Below, one piece after another: positions 42,391 to 55,020 of a DNA stretch of 64,000 bases. Location of the stretch: the NCBI RefSeq assembly GCF_006345805.1, contig NC_043004.1, positions 62,186,001 through 62,250,000 on the forward strand. The letters run 5' to 3'. Numbering within the stretch: the first letter of the stretch is position 1; every line of letters starts with the position of its first letter. The DNA comes from Octopus sinensis. Taxonomy: Eukaryota. Position numbers and translations under genes: made by a program. The notes beneath the pieces were generated by a model. It was not told the origin of the DNA. It made no database searches and was given only the letters and a program-made list of their open reading frames with translations.

Positions 42391-42586
42391 TGTGAAATAG
42401 AAAGATGAATAATCTTGTAGTAGATTAATCAAAAGTTTAACCGATACCTTAGTAGCAAAAATCACAGCAGTAAACAGCACGGTTGGAGGTACAACCATAT
42501 GGTGTTGCAACCGTGCGTTGGTGCGGATAATTCACCATAATATTATATATATAATATTATATAATATATATATATCTTTCAATAAT

Positions 42587-42680
<94 letters not shown>

Positions 42681-42866
42681 ATCTATCTATCTATATATAT
42701 AATATATATATATATATATTATGTGAAATAGAAAGATGAATAATCTTGTAGTAGATTAATCAAAAGTTTAACCGATACCTTAGTAGCAAAAATCACAGCA
42801 GTAAACAACGGTTGAGGTACAACCATATGGTGTTGCAACCGTGCTTTGGTGCGGATAATTCACCAA

Positions 42867-42905
<39 letters not shown>

Positions 42906-42914
42906 TTCAATAAT

Positions 42915-42982
<68 letters not shown>

Positions 42983-43248
42983 GCTATCTATCTAATCTAT
43001 CTATCTATCTATCTATCTATCTATTATATATATATTATATATATATATTATATGTGCAATAGAAAGATGAATAATCTTGTAGTAGATAATCAAAAGTTTA
43101 ACCGATACCTTAGTAGCAAAAATCACAGCAGTTAACAAGCACGGTGGAGGTACAACCATATGGTGTTGCAACCGTGCGTTGGTGCGGATAATTTCACAAT
43201 AATATTATATATATTATTATATATTATAATATATATTCTTTCAATAAT

Positions 43249-43249
<1 letters not shown>
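42391..43249. repeat. Three tandem units of about 331 bp (about 150-bp unique core + TA + TATC tracts)
   Basis: tgtg(a/c)aatagaaagatgaataatcttgtag starts at 42391, 42722 and 43053. Confidence 0.9.
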
Positions 43250-43316
<67 letters not shown>

Positions 43317-43372
43317 CTATCTATCTATCTATCTATCTATCTATCAATGTATCTATCTATCTATCTATCTAC

Positions 43373-43411
<39 letters not shown>

Positions 43412-43626
43412 ATCACAATGGACGGACGCTAGTCATATCGGCTCCAAGTAAGTTGGCCACTTTTACATGTTTAAAACTCCTTGTTGTCAAATATTTTGTT
43501 TTAATCGTTGTGCAAATTCATTCACTAAAAAACCTGAGAATTATTCACGTAGAATTCCGCCCCTGTATGGGCGAAATTACAAAAAAACTTTCAAAACTTT
43601 CGTGGGTTTTTTAGCCATTTTTCATT

Positions 43627-45632
43627 TTGAAAATGGCAACTAGAAACCACGTGGCTAGCCCGCCAGTCATGCAGAACGGTAGCAAAACACTATTGCTACC
43701 ACTAGCTGCTAAACATCGCAGCGTGAACACCGCTGTCACCACCATCACCACCACCAACAACAACAACAACAAATCTAACGTCGCATTCACCATCGCCGCG
43801 ACCAAAGACATTAACTTAGATTTCCCCTCACTCCCCACACCACTTGTTGATGATAAAGGGACAGAGAGAAAGGGATTTCAAAAATGAATACAAACGAAAA
43901 CATGAATGCCAGCACCACCACCATCACCACCAACAACAACAACAACGAAATTGGCACAAAGCCGCCTACCAAAGACAACACCGCCAACACCAACACCACT
44001 ACTACGACGTCAAATGCTACATCCAAGCCTTCTGCTGCTAATACCGCCAACACCAACACCACTACCATGACTTCAATTAACACTGCCACAATTAACACTT
44101 CTACTGCCAAATTCAAAACGAATTTTGCGGACGTAACAAACAAAAAAGAACAATTGTAACATTCACCACACAAGAGATAAACCGCACAAAGGCACTCTTC
44201 TCCAAAGAAGGAGACAAATTGCACCTTCATATTCCACAACACATCGTGGAAAACACGCAAAAAAAACAATAATTTATAAAGTAATAAACAAAAAAACAAG
44301 AAGAACAGAAAATGCACCGCAGGAAAAAATCGATAAATGCCTTCGTCCTGTATGGGACTCCAGGAATATATCAGTTGGGGAAACAAATTTGGTACAGTCC
44401 AAGTACGTTTCCTCAACGAAAGTTTAGCAAAACGTTTTTCCACATTGGAGCTACATTCGGACGACTTGGTAATGATACCAGTCTATTTAAACAAAAGGGT
44501 CACGAAAGTCCAAATAAAAAACATACCATTTGATGTCGAAACACAATGGGTGGTCTCTGCCATCTGCTTTGAAATGTCAGAGACAATGTCAGAGACAAAC
44601 ATCCTGGAAATCGCGGTTCTAGGAGAGAAAGACTATGTGGGCAAATCAATCGAATTCCTGCTTCAATTGGATGAAGCAGCAAGAGAGAAGATACCCACCG
44701 CTATAGAACTGCCAGGAGGCTACAAACTCTATATAGTGGTAGAGGGCAGGCGACCACGCTGCTATTTGTGTGGAAGCGAAACACACTTGAAAAAGACGTG
44801 CCCAACCACTGCACACCAAGAGCAACAACAACAACCACTACCACAACCAAAGCACTCCGGAAAAAAGCTCTACTACCCACACCACCATCAACACAGAAGA
44901 CGACAAGAGAAGCACACCAAGCTAATCCGTCATCAACCAAAAACCACTCGACACCTGGAAAAATACCAACACTACCATCAACAGCAAAACCAAGGAAAGA
45001 AAAAAAACAAAGAAAACACACACAAACTGATCCCCCATCCCTTATACCGCACTCAACACACACAAACACTCAACAACCAACAACAACGAAAACAACAACA
45101 CAACCACTTACACAGACATACATAGAAGCCCACAACATACCCCTACCCCCTTCTGATTCCTCAGAAATTTCGTCGGAAGACGAAACCAGTGAGGAATGGC
45201 AAATAGCTACAAAAAGAAGGAAAATAAAGAGCAGAAACACAACCAAACCAAATGCAAACACGAACAAAGCAGGGGGAAATACATCTCCCGAAGACATTTC
45301 AAAACCCAACGCAAACAACAGCCACACCAAACCACAAAAACATATACAGCAAACATGCTCACAGCCATAGACACCAAAAACACAAATTTGATGGAATACA
45401 TCCAATCAAAAACAAACATAACAGAAGATGACAAAAAACAAACAACCACCCATACACAACACCACCAGACCACATCAAAATAATACACATCTCCAAAAGT
45501 CTGCACCACACACTCAAAGGCATTTTCCCCAGTGCGGTTGGTAAATGCCAAAAATATCTCACAAAGAAACTGTACTGGGATCTTCTCGAGGACAAACCAA
45601 CGGAGGAGAAAGCAAAAACTTTCGAGCAGTAA
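43627..45632 (+). pseudogene. Tx1 ORF1 (gag-like, CX2CX4HX4C zinc knuckle), broken by frameshifts
   Basis: ORF 44337-45125 contains RPRCYLCGSETHLKKTC. Thr/Asn-rich flanks lie in other frames. The last segment ...KLYWDLLEDKPTEEKAKTFEQ* stops at 45630-45632, just upstream of ORF2. Confidence 0.75.
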
Positions 45633-45663
45633 GTAACCCTCTGTATTCTAATTCATTAGAACT

Positions 45664-48600
45664 ATGATCAAGATTGGTTGTGTAAATGCGCGTGGCTTGG
45701 GGTCCCCTTGGAAACAAGGGTACCTCTTAAATGACATAAAGTCACATAAGTTAGAAATCATAGCCATAAGCGAGACCAGACTCCACAATCCGCGGGCCCT
45801 AAAGACCATGTTTGGCGGACAGTTCAACATTTATTTTTCCCCCTGTCTGCCGAGAATGGGCGGTAGTGGCACCGCGGTACTTTTTCACAAGAGTCTGGAT
45901 CTCAATGTAAGGACAATATTCGTAGACCCGGAGGGTAGACTGGTCGTCCTGGATGTCGACGGCAGCAATGGGTGCGCTTTTCGGCTCGTATCAGTTTACG
46001 CACCGCCCTTAACAGGTCGGGCGGATTTCTTTCAACGTCTAGAAGTTTTCTTGGGAACGTCTCGTCCTTTACTCTTAGTGGGGGATTGGAATGCTACCTT
46101 GGACACGCATGTAGACTACGTGGGTAGAGATAGGAATAGACGGGGATGCAAATGCCTCAGAGACCTGCTCAGACGCTTTCAACTGTCTGACAGGTTTCGA
46201 CTAGACCACCCGAATGCGCCAACGTGGACATGGAGCAACCGCATCGGGTCGTCGAGATCGTATCTAGATAGGATACTGTGTAGGACAGTAGATAGAGATA
46301 GCATAGGATGTCCACAATTCCACATAGTCAGCTACACGGATCACAAACTTGTGACATGTACGCTAGACTTAGGTAAGACACTTAGGCAGGGTCCCGGATA
46401 CTGGAAACTAAACGCGTCTTTCCCATCGAGACAAGTTTTCAGAGACCGGATTAGCACACTAGTAAAGAGGGCTTTGACGGGAGCCATCATCAACAACAAA
46501 TGGTGGTTTGCCCTCAAGAGAGCAGTAAAAGCAGAAGCGATTAGGTACAGCAAAGCACTAGCCATAGATAGAAATAGAGTAGAGGGTGAGCTAGTTAAGA
46601 AGCTAGAAGAGGCAATTAGAAGCGGCATCGCATCCGACGTTTTGGCGGCGAGGTTGGCCCTCGACCAACACTTCAACGCCAAACACGAAGGATGTGCTGT
46701 CAGAGCTAGGATGCGTGCTCTAAGGAACGAAGGTGTTGGAGCCGCGAGAGAGGCCCGGGTGGCAGAGGCGCAACAGGGCAACAAAGCCACCATTCGGTCA
46801 CTGGTAGATGAACAGGGGCGCGAATTGCTCGAGCCAAGTAAAATGTGTGAGGCCTTTCAGCAGCATTTTGCCCGACTGTTCGGAACGAGTGGAGGGCAAG
46901 AACGTAGGGTGGACTTCAGTGCCTACCTACATAGCCTACCACGACTCTCGACAAGAAAGGCAGGGTGCTGCGAAGGTGCCATCACGGCGGCGGAAGTGCG
47001 GGAAGCGATGGCAGAATGCTCGAGGGACAAATCACCGGGTTTGGATGGTCTACCCTACGAGCTTTACAATTGTATGCCAGACTTGTTTGGAGATCTCTTG
47101 GCGGCGGTGTACTGCAACTGGCAGCAAAACGGGAGCATTCCTGGTTTTGTGAGCCGAGGAGCCGTAACACTGCTGAAGAAAGATCTAAACAAGGGAAATG
47201 TAATAGATAACTTTAGGCCCATCACTCTGCTTAATGCAGACTTGAAAATTTTGGCCAAGGTGCTAGCCAAGAGGTTGGCGCTTGTCATCGAGAAACTGGT
47301 CGACAAGGCGCAAACATGCGCCGTGCCAGGCCGGACCATCCATGACAACCTCCATCTGATGCGCTACATCATAGACAGGGTAGTTAACGAACCTGGCATG
47401 GGTGGGGCCCTGATCAACTTGGATCAATCAAAAGCCTTTGATAGGGTAGACCATCGATACTTGGAGGCAGTCCTGAGAGCGGCTGGTTTCGGTCCCGTCT
47501 TCCGCGGCTGGATAGCTGCCTTGTACAGAGGCATCCGTTCGGTAATTCGCGTAAATGGACATCTATCGAGACCTTTCGACATTGCACGTTCGGTCCGTCA
47601 GGGATGCCCCCTCTCGGCGCTTCTATACGTATTGACTCTTGAGCCACTACTGCGGAAGCTGGCGACTCTAAGGGGCATCCCGCGAGAATTGGGATGCGGG
47701 ACGAGCGTGTCTGCATACGCGGACGACGTCACCGTCATAGTGTCTAGCCACGAGCACATCGAGCTGGTCGGCGAGACACTGAAAAACTACGAAGCGGTGA
47801 CAGGAGCGAAAATCAACCGGGAAAAGTCAGTGGGCTTGCGACTAGGCACCTGGAGAAGCAAGCCCATGCCGTCCACCAGCGCCTCCGTCGTGGGACGCTG
47901 GACCGACGGCCCGGTTGAGTTGCTCGGGGTCTGGTTTGGTCCGGACCTCCAAGTGGAGAAGAACTGGAACGAGATAACGAGTAGGGTGGTCACTCTCGCC
48001 CGGCAATGGGCCGAGAGGAAACTGTCCCTAAAAGGTCGAGCGGAGGTGGCGAACACGTACATCGCGTCCGTCATCTACTACCGCCTGACCGTCGTACCTT
48101 GTCCCGACCCTACCATCACCAAACTACAACGCATCCTCTTTCGCTTCTTGTGGAAAGGATGCGTCCCGATGGTCAGGCGATCCATTTGCTGTCAACACCC
48201 GTTAAAAGGAGGGCTGGGCATGCCGTGGTTGATGATGCGCAGACACGCGCTGAGACTGCGACATCTCTGGCTCTATGTAGACGACGGTGAACAGGTGTGG
48301 TCGCCGTTTGTGAGGCACGCTTTCCCGCAGCTCGTCTCCATGACCGAACTGCAGTCGTGGATCAAAAAGAGGCCGAGGAAGGGCGAATGGCACCGCGAGT
48401 GTCGCGTTGCTCTCAAGCAACTCTGCCGTCCTGGGTCGACCTTAAGTGACTTCAACACAACCAAAGCATTCTATAGGGGTTTAGTGGAGGGGAGGTACGA
48501 CGACGAGCTCGGGGCGAACCTGGACGTCGACGAGGAGTACCTGACCCGCCTGTTCGGGACGACTTTCGGGCCAGGGCCCATGGACAACTTCCAGAGATCC

Positions 48601-49101
48601 CTGGCCTGGCAGTGCTACCGAGAAGCGCTACCCGTTCGGGATAAGCTCTACAGACACGGCTCGAGAAACACGGGGCCGACCTGCCCGAGATGCGGTCAGA
48701 GCGACGAAACCGTTCTGCACGCACTCGTTCAGTGTCCAACAATTTCCGACCTGTGGGCTTATGTCGAACAACTGCTGTCACGTGTGGGACGAGTCGGTTT
48801 ATCAGCTGAGTCTATCGTCAATATTGTCACGCCTCCTTCCTTCAAACGGGAAGGAAGAGCTATTTTCATCATCCTTGTGGCTATGGCGAAAGAATGTATC
48901 TGGTGGACGCGTCTGAAAGGATTGGAGACAAACACTTTCCTCTCTGGTCAATCTCTCATCAACTTCTTCAAGTACCACTTGAAAAGGAAAGTGAGAGTAG
49001 AGAGGCAAGTTTTGTCTAGCGAATGTTTTAAAAAAAGATGGGTGAATGTAGCAAGAATGGCACGTATGAATGACGAAGCCACCTTGAGCATAGTCCTATG
49101 A
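45664..49101 (+). CDS. LINE ORF2 protein: APE endonuclease, reverse transcriptase, C-terminal CCHC (Tx1 clade)
   Basis: 1145-aa open frame with IGCVNARGL, ISETRL, GDWN, SYLDRI, TDHKLV (endonuclease); KSPGLDGLP, FRPITLLNADLKI, LDQSKAFDRVDH, SVRQGCPLS, YADD (RT); and CPRCGQSDETVLHALVQC. Confidence 0.96.
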   Translation: MIKIGCVNARGLGSPWKQGYLLNDIKSHKLEIIAISETRLHNPRALKTMFGGQFNIYFSPCLPRMGGSGTAVLFHKSLDLNVRTIFVDPEGRLVVLDVDGSNGCAFRLVSVYAPPLTGRADFFQRLEVFLGTSRPLLLVGDWNATLDTHVDYVGRDRNRRGCKCLRDLLRRFQLSDRFRLDHPNAPTWTWSNRIGSSRSYLDRILCRTVDRDSIGCPQFHIVSYTDHKLVTCTLDLGKTLRQGPGYWKLNASFPSRQVFRDRISTLVKRALTGAIINNKWWFALKRAVKAEAIRYSKALAIDRNRVEGELVKKLEEAIRSGIASDVLAARLALDQHFNAKHEGCAVRARMRALRNEGVGAAREARVAEAQQGNKATIRSLVDEQGRELLEPSKMCEAFQQHFARLFGTSGGQERRVDFSAYLHSLPRLSTRKAGCCEGAITAAEVREAMAECSRDKSPGLDGLPYELYNCMPDLFGDLLAAVYCNWQQNGSIPGFVSRGAVTLLKKDLNKGNVIDNFRPITLLNADLKILAKVLAKRLALVIEKLVDKAQTCAVPGRTIHDNLHLMRYIIDRVVNEPGMGGALINLDQSKAFDRVDHRYLEAVLRAAGFGPVFRGWIAALYRGIRSVIRVNGHLSRPFDIARSVRQGCPLSALLYVLTLEPLLRKLATLRGIPRELGCGTSVSAYADDVTVIVSSHEHIELVGETLKNYEAVTGAKINREKSVGLRLGTWRSKPMPSTSASVVGRWTDGPVELLGVWFGPDLQVEKNWNEITSRVVTLARQWAERKLSLKGRAEVANTYIASVIYYRLTVVPCPDPTITKLQRILFRFLWKGCVPMVRRSICCQHPLKGGLGMPWLMMRRHALRLRHLWLYVDDGEQVWSPFVRHAFPQLVSMTELQSWIKKRPRKGEWHRECRVALKQLCRPGSTLSDFNTTKAFYRGLVEGRYDDELGANLDVDEEYLTRLFGTTFGPGPMDNFQRSLAWQCYREALPVRDKLYRHGSRNTGPTCPRCGQSDETVLHALVQCPTISDLWAYVEQLLSRVGRVGLSAESIVNIVTPPSFKREGRAIFIILVAMAKECIWWTRLKGLETNTFLSGQSLINFFKYHLKRKVRVERQVLSSECFKKRWVNVARMARMNDEATLSIVL

Positions 49102-51199
49102 ACCCAGAAATCGAAAACAGAGAGTTGCTTATTTGCAAAAAAAAAAAAAAAAAAAAAAAGAAATATAAAATGTGACTTCATTGACCGAGGTTACCGTGGT
49201 TTTCCGCAGGCTTTTCTTTCCACGGGTAAACCTCACCTGTCCTCCCCTTTACACTTCATATGACATTTCTGTGATAACGATCCCTATTGATCATTTTTTT
49301 TTTCCTCTCCCCCCCCCCTTTTTTTTTTTAACCCCCCTTATTTTTGTCCTCTTTCTCTCCTTTTACGATCCCTTTTGATCGAACCTCCCCCTTCCCTTTT
49401 TTTTTTTTTTTTTTTAATACCTTCAAAAGAAAAGCTCTACATTGTAATTTGTTCTATCTGTGTGCAGCCCTGTGTGGCTAATAAAGAAACATATCTATCT
49501 ATCTATTATCTATCTATATATCTACCTATCTATCTATCTATGGATATATATATATATATATAATATATAATATATATATTATATATATATATATATTATA
49601 TATATAAAAATTTATATATGAGGATAATATCGATATTATCAAGTGGCCAGCATGAAAGAAATACCTACAAAGGTTAAAAAAAACTGGCTGTTGTCCATAC
49701 GTGCATATGATGTATGTACGGCGCTCGTATATGTAAGTATATCGTCTGCTGTGCATATATATATCTGTATTGATGTACCCTTGATAATTTCAATTGATAC
49801 GGTAAAGCTTATCTAAAGCAGAACCAGAAATATTGGATCGTGAATTTTTCAATAATTTTTGCTTGTACGTTTTGTCCCTCTGCTTACCTCATGGTGCGAT
49901 ATGAAATTTAACGTGGTACTATAGTCAGTGTTCGACTGCTAATTTCAGCATGTTGGTGTCTTTTAGACACCCTCATTTTTAATTATATATATATATATAT
50001 AGATCCATAGATAGATATACATATGGATATTTGAATGATTCTGTGTGTGCATGAGCGTGTGTATATGTACAACGTTGCCGATTCATATTTATATTTTTTC
50101 GACTGATCAAATCACTGTTGTGTTACATTGTATCAAGTTTATTTTAACATTACCTAACTTATCTGTTCCACAAATAGAAGAGATAAAATAAAAAGATAGA
50201 ATTAGTACCGCACTAGTAGATGCATTGAATTCATATGATCGAGTAGAAATATTATAGACTATTCATCTGCATTGCTAAACCACAATGTCTGAGGCCAAGA
50301 AGAGATTAACATGAAAAATAATCCTTATTTATAATTATTTTCGTGTTTTCTATACTGTCTTTATGCTCTAGATAAATATCCTGCACCACCAATAAATGTA
50401 GGGATATCTATCTATGGAAAAGCATTGTCTGATATTCGTCGTATTTTTCAGCATAATTTGATAGTACTAACAGTGGCCAACGTACACTTACGTGTTCCAT
50501 AGCAAAATCTCTTCCAAACCTTTTCTTAAGCATTTCCAACGGTAATGGCATTTTTATTTCATGCCATATTATAAGCTCATATATTTCCATATGGGTTTAC
50601 TTGAAATTTATTGAAATCTATCACAACGAAAAGCTATTTACTGCAGTTATGTTTAAATGAATAAACTGTAATCATATTTCACTGGAAGAAAATTGTAAGG
50701 GCGCTTAATATTCTATTGATATATACTTTGAATAATTTACATTCTCTTGTTTTTAACTGCTTTTATTTAATTAAATCATAATTGTAACAACATATATATA
50801 CATATTGTAGCCGGTATCGAAATGCCACAGAAGTCCTGAAATCCTTTTAAAGAAATTTTAATTTCTATGTAAAATGGAAAATGTTATGATTTGAAAAATT
50901 TTAGTAAATTCTAGACAGCTTTGCCTTAGTATATTATAATGCGTTCAATTCTCCAGACTCTAACTGCTGAATATTTAATTGAATTACTATAATAAAGCAA
51001 ATGTTTCTAAATGAATTATACATTCAAAACACTCAATATTTTAAATCATGTACACACGCGCCTGGTAAATCTGTATACAGCAGATAAACTATTCTGTCCA
51101 TAAATATGTTACCAAGATGCATAATGACTTTCTGTTAACTTTCCATTCTGCCAACAAAGAAATTGCTTTGATAACTGAGACACAAATTAATCAACGGCA

Positions 51200-51390
51200 A
51201 ATACGAAATAGTTTACTATATGATCTGTTGATTTATGAACACAATTTAAAATTCGAACAATATATATATGTTTTAAATGCTGAAAGAAAAAATCTCTTTG
51301 AAACAATCAACATACTAAGTTGTGTAATTCATGCACTTTTTTTGGTCTGATTGAACTTCTGGGGATTGGAGAATTTGATGAATCTTTTCC
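51200..51390 (+). pseudogene. Possible Helitron PIF1-helicase remnant
   Basis: VLNAERKNLFETINIL...HALFLV is weakly like the LN.EQ..VFD.I...FF segment before the Walker A motif. Very degenerate. Confidence 0.2.
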
Positions 51391-51941
51391 AGTCTTGTCA
51401 TAATTTATAAGATTTCATTTTTACATGTGTGTATATGTGTGCGTGCGGGTGTCAGTGTGTGCGTGTGTGTGTGTACATACACATAACACACACACATATA
51501 TATTTATATACATATACTTTTGTAGCTCGATCCGAAGCTAAGGTTTCTATGTCCTCTGGATGTGTGCGTTCATCCGCCATTCGAAATATATGGCTACACT
51601 ATCCCATTTGATTTTTCAGAATCATTGCTTTAATTGAGGTGATGCTTGCAGATGCAAGGGCATTTGCGTTTGGAGCAAAATATGATCGTTTAGTGTTTAA
51701 CATGCGATAAAGGCATTTTTGGTGGAATTGTTCTGACACATTGAAATGGCTTTCAAAACATGTCCATTGTTCAGGAGAATGAAAGAGGGATGGTAAGAGA
51801 TATGATTTGTTAAAAGCCAAATTTTTATTGTTATTTATATGTCATTGGCGCCAAACGCGTGACTCCAAACCGACGAATGCTTGTGCTGCCCTTTGAATTT
51901 GCAGATGCATTTCTGTGTCCAGATTTCCATGATTTGGTACA

Positions 51942-52118
51942 GTGGACGTCCTGAAAACCCTGGTCGAACAAAAGCCCATCGTAACTGTTGCACAACTAGC
52001 AGAGAAACTTGGAATTTGTCATACAAATATTCATTCAAGTCAGCGCTAGTAGAAAACCAGTCACTTTTAGTTTTCAAACGAAAGGTGTTTTTTCAATCAG
52101 GATAATTCTCGGCTACAT
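51942..52118 (+). mobile_element. Internally deleted mariner transposase remnant
   Basis: DVLKTLVEQKPIVTVAQLAEKLGICHTNIH (HTH region) is followed within about 70 nt by FNQDNSRLH (cf. HQDNARPH). Confidence 0.65.
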
Positions 52119-52129
52119 ATATGTATAGA

Positions 52130-52194
<65 letters not shown>

Positions 52195-52471
52195 CATACA
52201 CACATATATGTATATATATATGTGTATATATATATATGTATATATATATATGTATATATATATATGTGTATATATATATATATGTGTATATATGCGTGTA
52301 TATATATATGTGTATATATATATTTATATATGTATATATTTATATATGTATATATTTACATATGTATATATTATATATATGTATATATTTATATATGTAC
52401 ATCTTTATATATGTATATATATATATGTGTATATATATATATATTTATATATGTATATATTTATATATGTG

Positions 52472-52520
<49 letters not shown>

Positions 52521-52592
52521 ATATATACATATATATGTATATATTTATATATATATATATGTATGTATATATATACATATATATATATATTA

Positions 52593-52648
<56 letters not shown>

Positions 52649-52672
52649 GTATATATATATATATATATATAG

Positions 52673-52703
<31 letters not shown>

Positions 52704-52810
52704 TATATTTATATATATATATGTATATATATATGAATATATTTATATATATATATATATGAATATATTTATATATATATATATATGAATATATGTATAT
52801 ATATCGGTAT
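52118..52810. repeat. Long degenerate (TA)n/(TATG)n microsatellite of about 700 bp
   Basis: Direct reading. Confidence 0.95.
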
Positions 52811-52866
52811 ATCTATATATATGTACACAAACACACACATATGCATGCCCACACACATGGACAAAT

Positions 52867-52905
<39 letters not shown>

Positions 52906-54960
52906 AAGAGATCGGAACTGATAAGAAATAGACAAATACGTTGTACAACACAATATCTGAGGAAATGAAATGTAAATTACCCAGATTCACACTCTGGGTT
53001 GAATATGAACATACTCACAGACACACACAAAAGCATATATATACTTAGTGACACATTTATTTGCTTCTATGCTGTTAATTGGCTAATTAACCACCAATAT
53101 TTTATATATGTATATGCGTATGTGTTGTACAAAAGTTTGAGTACATATGCGTAAACGTTTACGATATCAAGTGACATTTATCTTATACGTGTAGCTGTAA
53201 TGTATAATATTATGTTCTAAGTACAATATTAATATCATATGCAGGTTACCTCAGTTTGATTTGCAACAGCATTAAATTTATACTGCGCATATTATCTTGT
53301 ATGTACTTTGGTGTATCTACCTACGTAGTTCTACAATCGAATATTAGAAAGCTAATTCAGCTTCATACAACTTAAATCATATGCGAGATAAAACTTATGT
53401 GGAATATATTATCATGCTTTTTGAAAAATGAAAGAACTATAAAATAAACGCGTGGAATACTTTATTATGCTATTTGGAGACATTCCATTGCTAAATATTT
53501 TTCTGTAATATGGAACTCACTAACGCAAGAAATTCCCTCTTGATTTCCGTATAAATTAACTTATAAAAGAGATGGTGTGACCGTTCGACAATCCATGATA
53601 TATCCAAATTTTTAACAATGCAGAGCTTCTTTTACACGCTGTTTCACTGTATTTATAATAGAATTTGGGTACTGAATAGATATCCGAGCCTCGTTCGTTA
53701 GTTAATTTGTTTCAATAATAAATGAGACAAGAAACCCGTAAAGTTTTTCATCAATTCGTCTGACAGGATGACAGATTTTATAACCATTTCGCCAGTGGAA
53801 AATAGGAATTTGCTTATATTGAACCGGAAATATTTGGCCCGATTTCTCACGGAGGAAGAAACTCCACAAAATGTAACAAAGGGACTAGAGGAGGATGAAA
53901 ATACGGCAACAGATTTAATTTTAAGTAAACCATTGAATGTTTTGAACGGAAGAGGTAAACAGCTTCAGCAAATACCACAAGTAGTTTTGTTGTACACTTT
54001 ATGGTAGTGATGCAAGTTTATCACACAGGATTTCATAGTTTTTACTAACGTCAAAATGAAAATTTATGTGCACTGGGATTTTAAATCAGAGAGAAAGGTG
54101 TCACGTTGAGCAGTAGTTTCAAATATTGGAAAGGAGGATTTAATTCAATGACAACTAAATGTGATTGCATATTAATAATTAATAATACCTACATGTATCT
54201 AATTTATTATTCATAAAAATATATAACATTTGGATTTATATATTTCAAATTTGAACACATGTTTAAGTACGTTAGCATGTGTGTATATAAATATACATAT
54301 GTCTGTGTGTTTGTGCGTGCGCGCGTGCATGTATCATACGTTCCTCTGGTCTTGACCCGATTATGGCACACCCCTACTGCTCTTTTAACCGGCAGAATGA
54401 CCATCTTTCGAACATATCCGGTCGCTTTAACTGCATACATTCCTTTTCATCGCTTATGAGAGTTTCAAGAGCTAAATCCGAAGAAATATGACACACCTAC
54501 AATTACACGACTACTACCAGACAATTCCCCACTACTACCACTACTACTCATGATTGTAAGAAGGCACTCTAATAACATTTGAATTAATCGATCTCGATAA
54601 AGCATCGTTTACACGTGTCATATCATTTACCAGTAGAACTAGAACGTAATGCATTGGAGCTATAGTCAGCAAAGCGTTTGGGAGTTCCATGATCAAAGAA
54701 ATAATATCATAAGTTATGTTCATTAACACTTTTCTAACTGTAGAATACAATTAATTTTCTATTCAAAAATGGAACTAATAACTTCCATTATCGTTTGGCA
54801 TGGATTATCATCGAATTTTCACCTATTGAACTGCTAATGGACTTTACCAATAACAATACTGTTCAGTTCATTCAGTTCTATATTTAAGAGATGAGGAATT
54901 ACGTACATTATTTATATTATTTACATTTGACGGATATTTGTTCTCATCTTTTTTATTGTT

Positions 54961-55008
54961 AACACAACGTTTCGGCTTATATACCCGCCAGCCTTCATCA
55001 GATGTCTT
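54961..55008 (-). ncRNA. Minimal type I hammerhead ribozyme motif
   Basis: Minus strand: gacat-CTGATGA-A-GGCT-ggcgggtatata-AGCC-GAAAC-GTT-gtgtt. The gacat/gtgtt strands can pair as stem I using G-U pairs, and stem III is the palindrome AACGTT. Confidence 0.65.
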
Positions 55009-55020
55009 ACCACGGGCTAA

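Larger units (their letters stand above)
41205..43410. repeat. Extended (TATC)n microsatellite field hosting LINE insertions
   Basis: Direct reading; interrupted at 41657-42240 and by three copies of a unique unit. Confidence 0.95.
43411..49490 (+). mobile_element. Apparently full-length Tx1/L1-clade non-LTR retrotransposon (about 6.1 kb)
   Basis: 5' UTR, frameshifted ORF1, intact ORF2, and a T/C-rich 3' UTR with AATAAA at 49480-49485. TATC-type repeats on both flanks. Confidence 0.92.

Noticed and set aside
42391-43249. Repeat-spacer appearance suggesting a CRISPR-like array
   Set aside because: The intervening sequences are near-identical and the units are about 331 bp; there are no cas genes and the context is eukaryotic.
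43627-45480. G-to-A hypermutation as the cause of the G-poor ORF1
   Set aside because: TGG codons survive and a 262-codon stretch has no stop, which random deamination would be unlikely to leave.
46341-49181. Overlapping alternate-frame and antisense ORFs within ORF2
   Set aside because: They are expected in GC-rich coding DNA and carry no recognisable motifs.
53768-54007. 79-aa ORF as a possible host exon
   Set aside because: No recognisable domain and no supporting neighbouring exons; RNA-seq would be needed.
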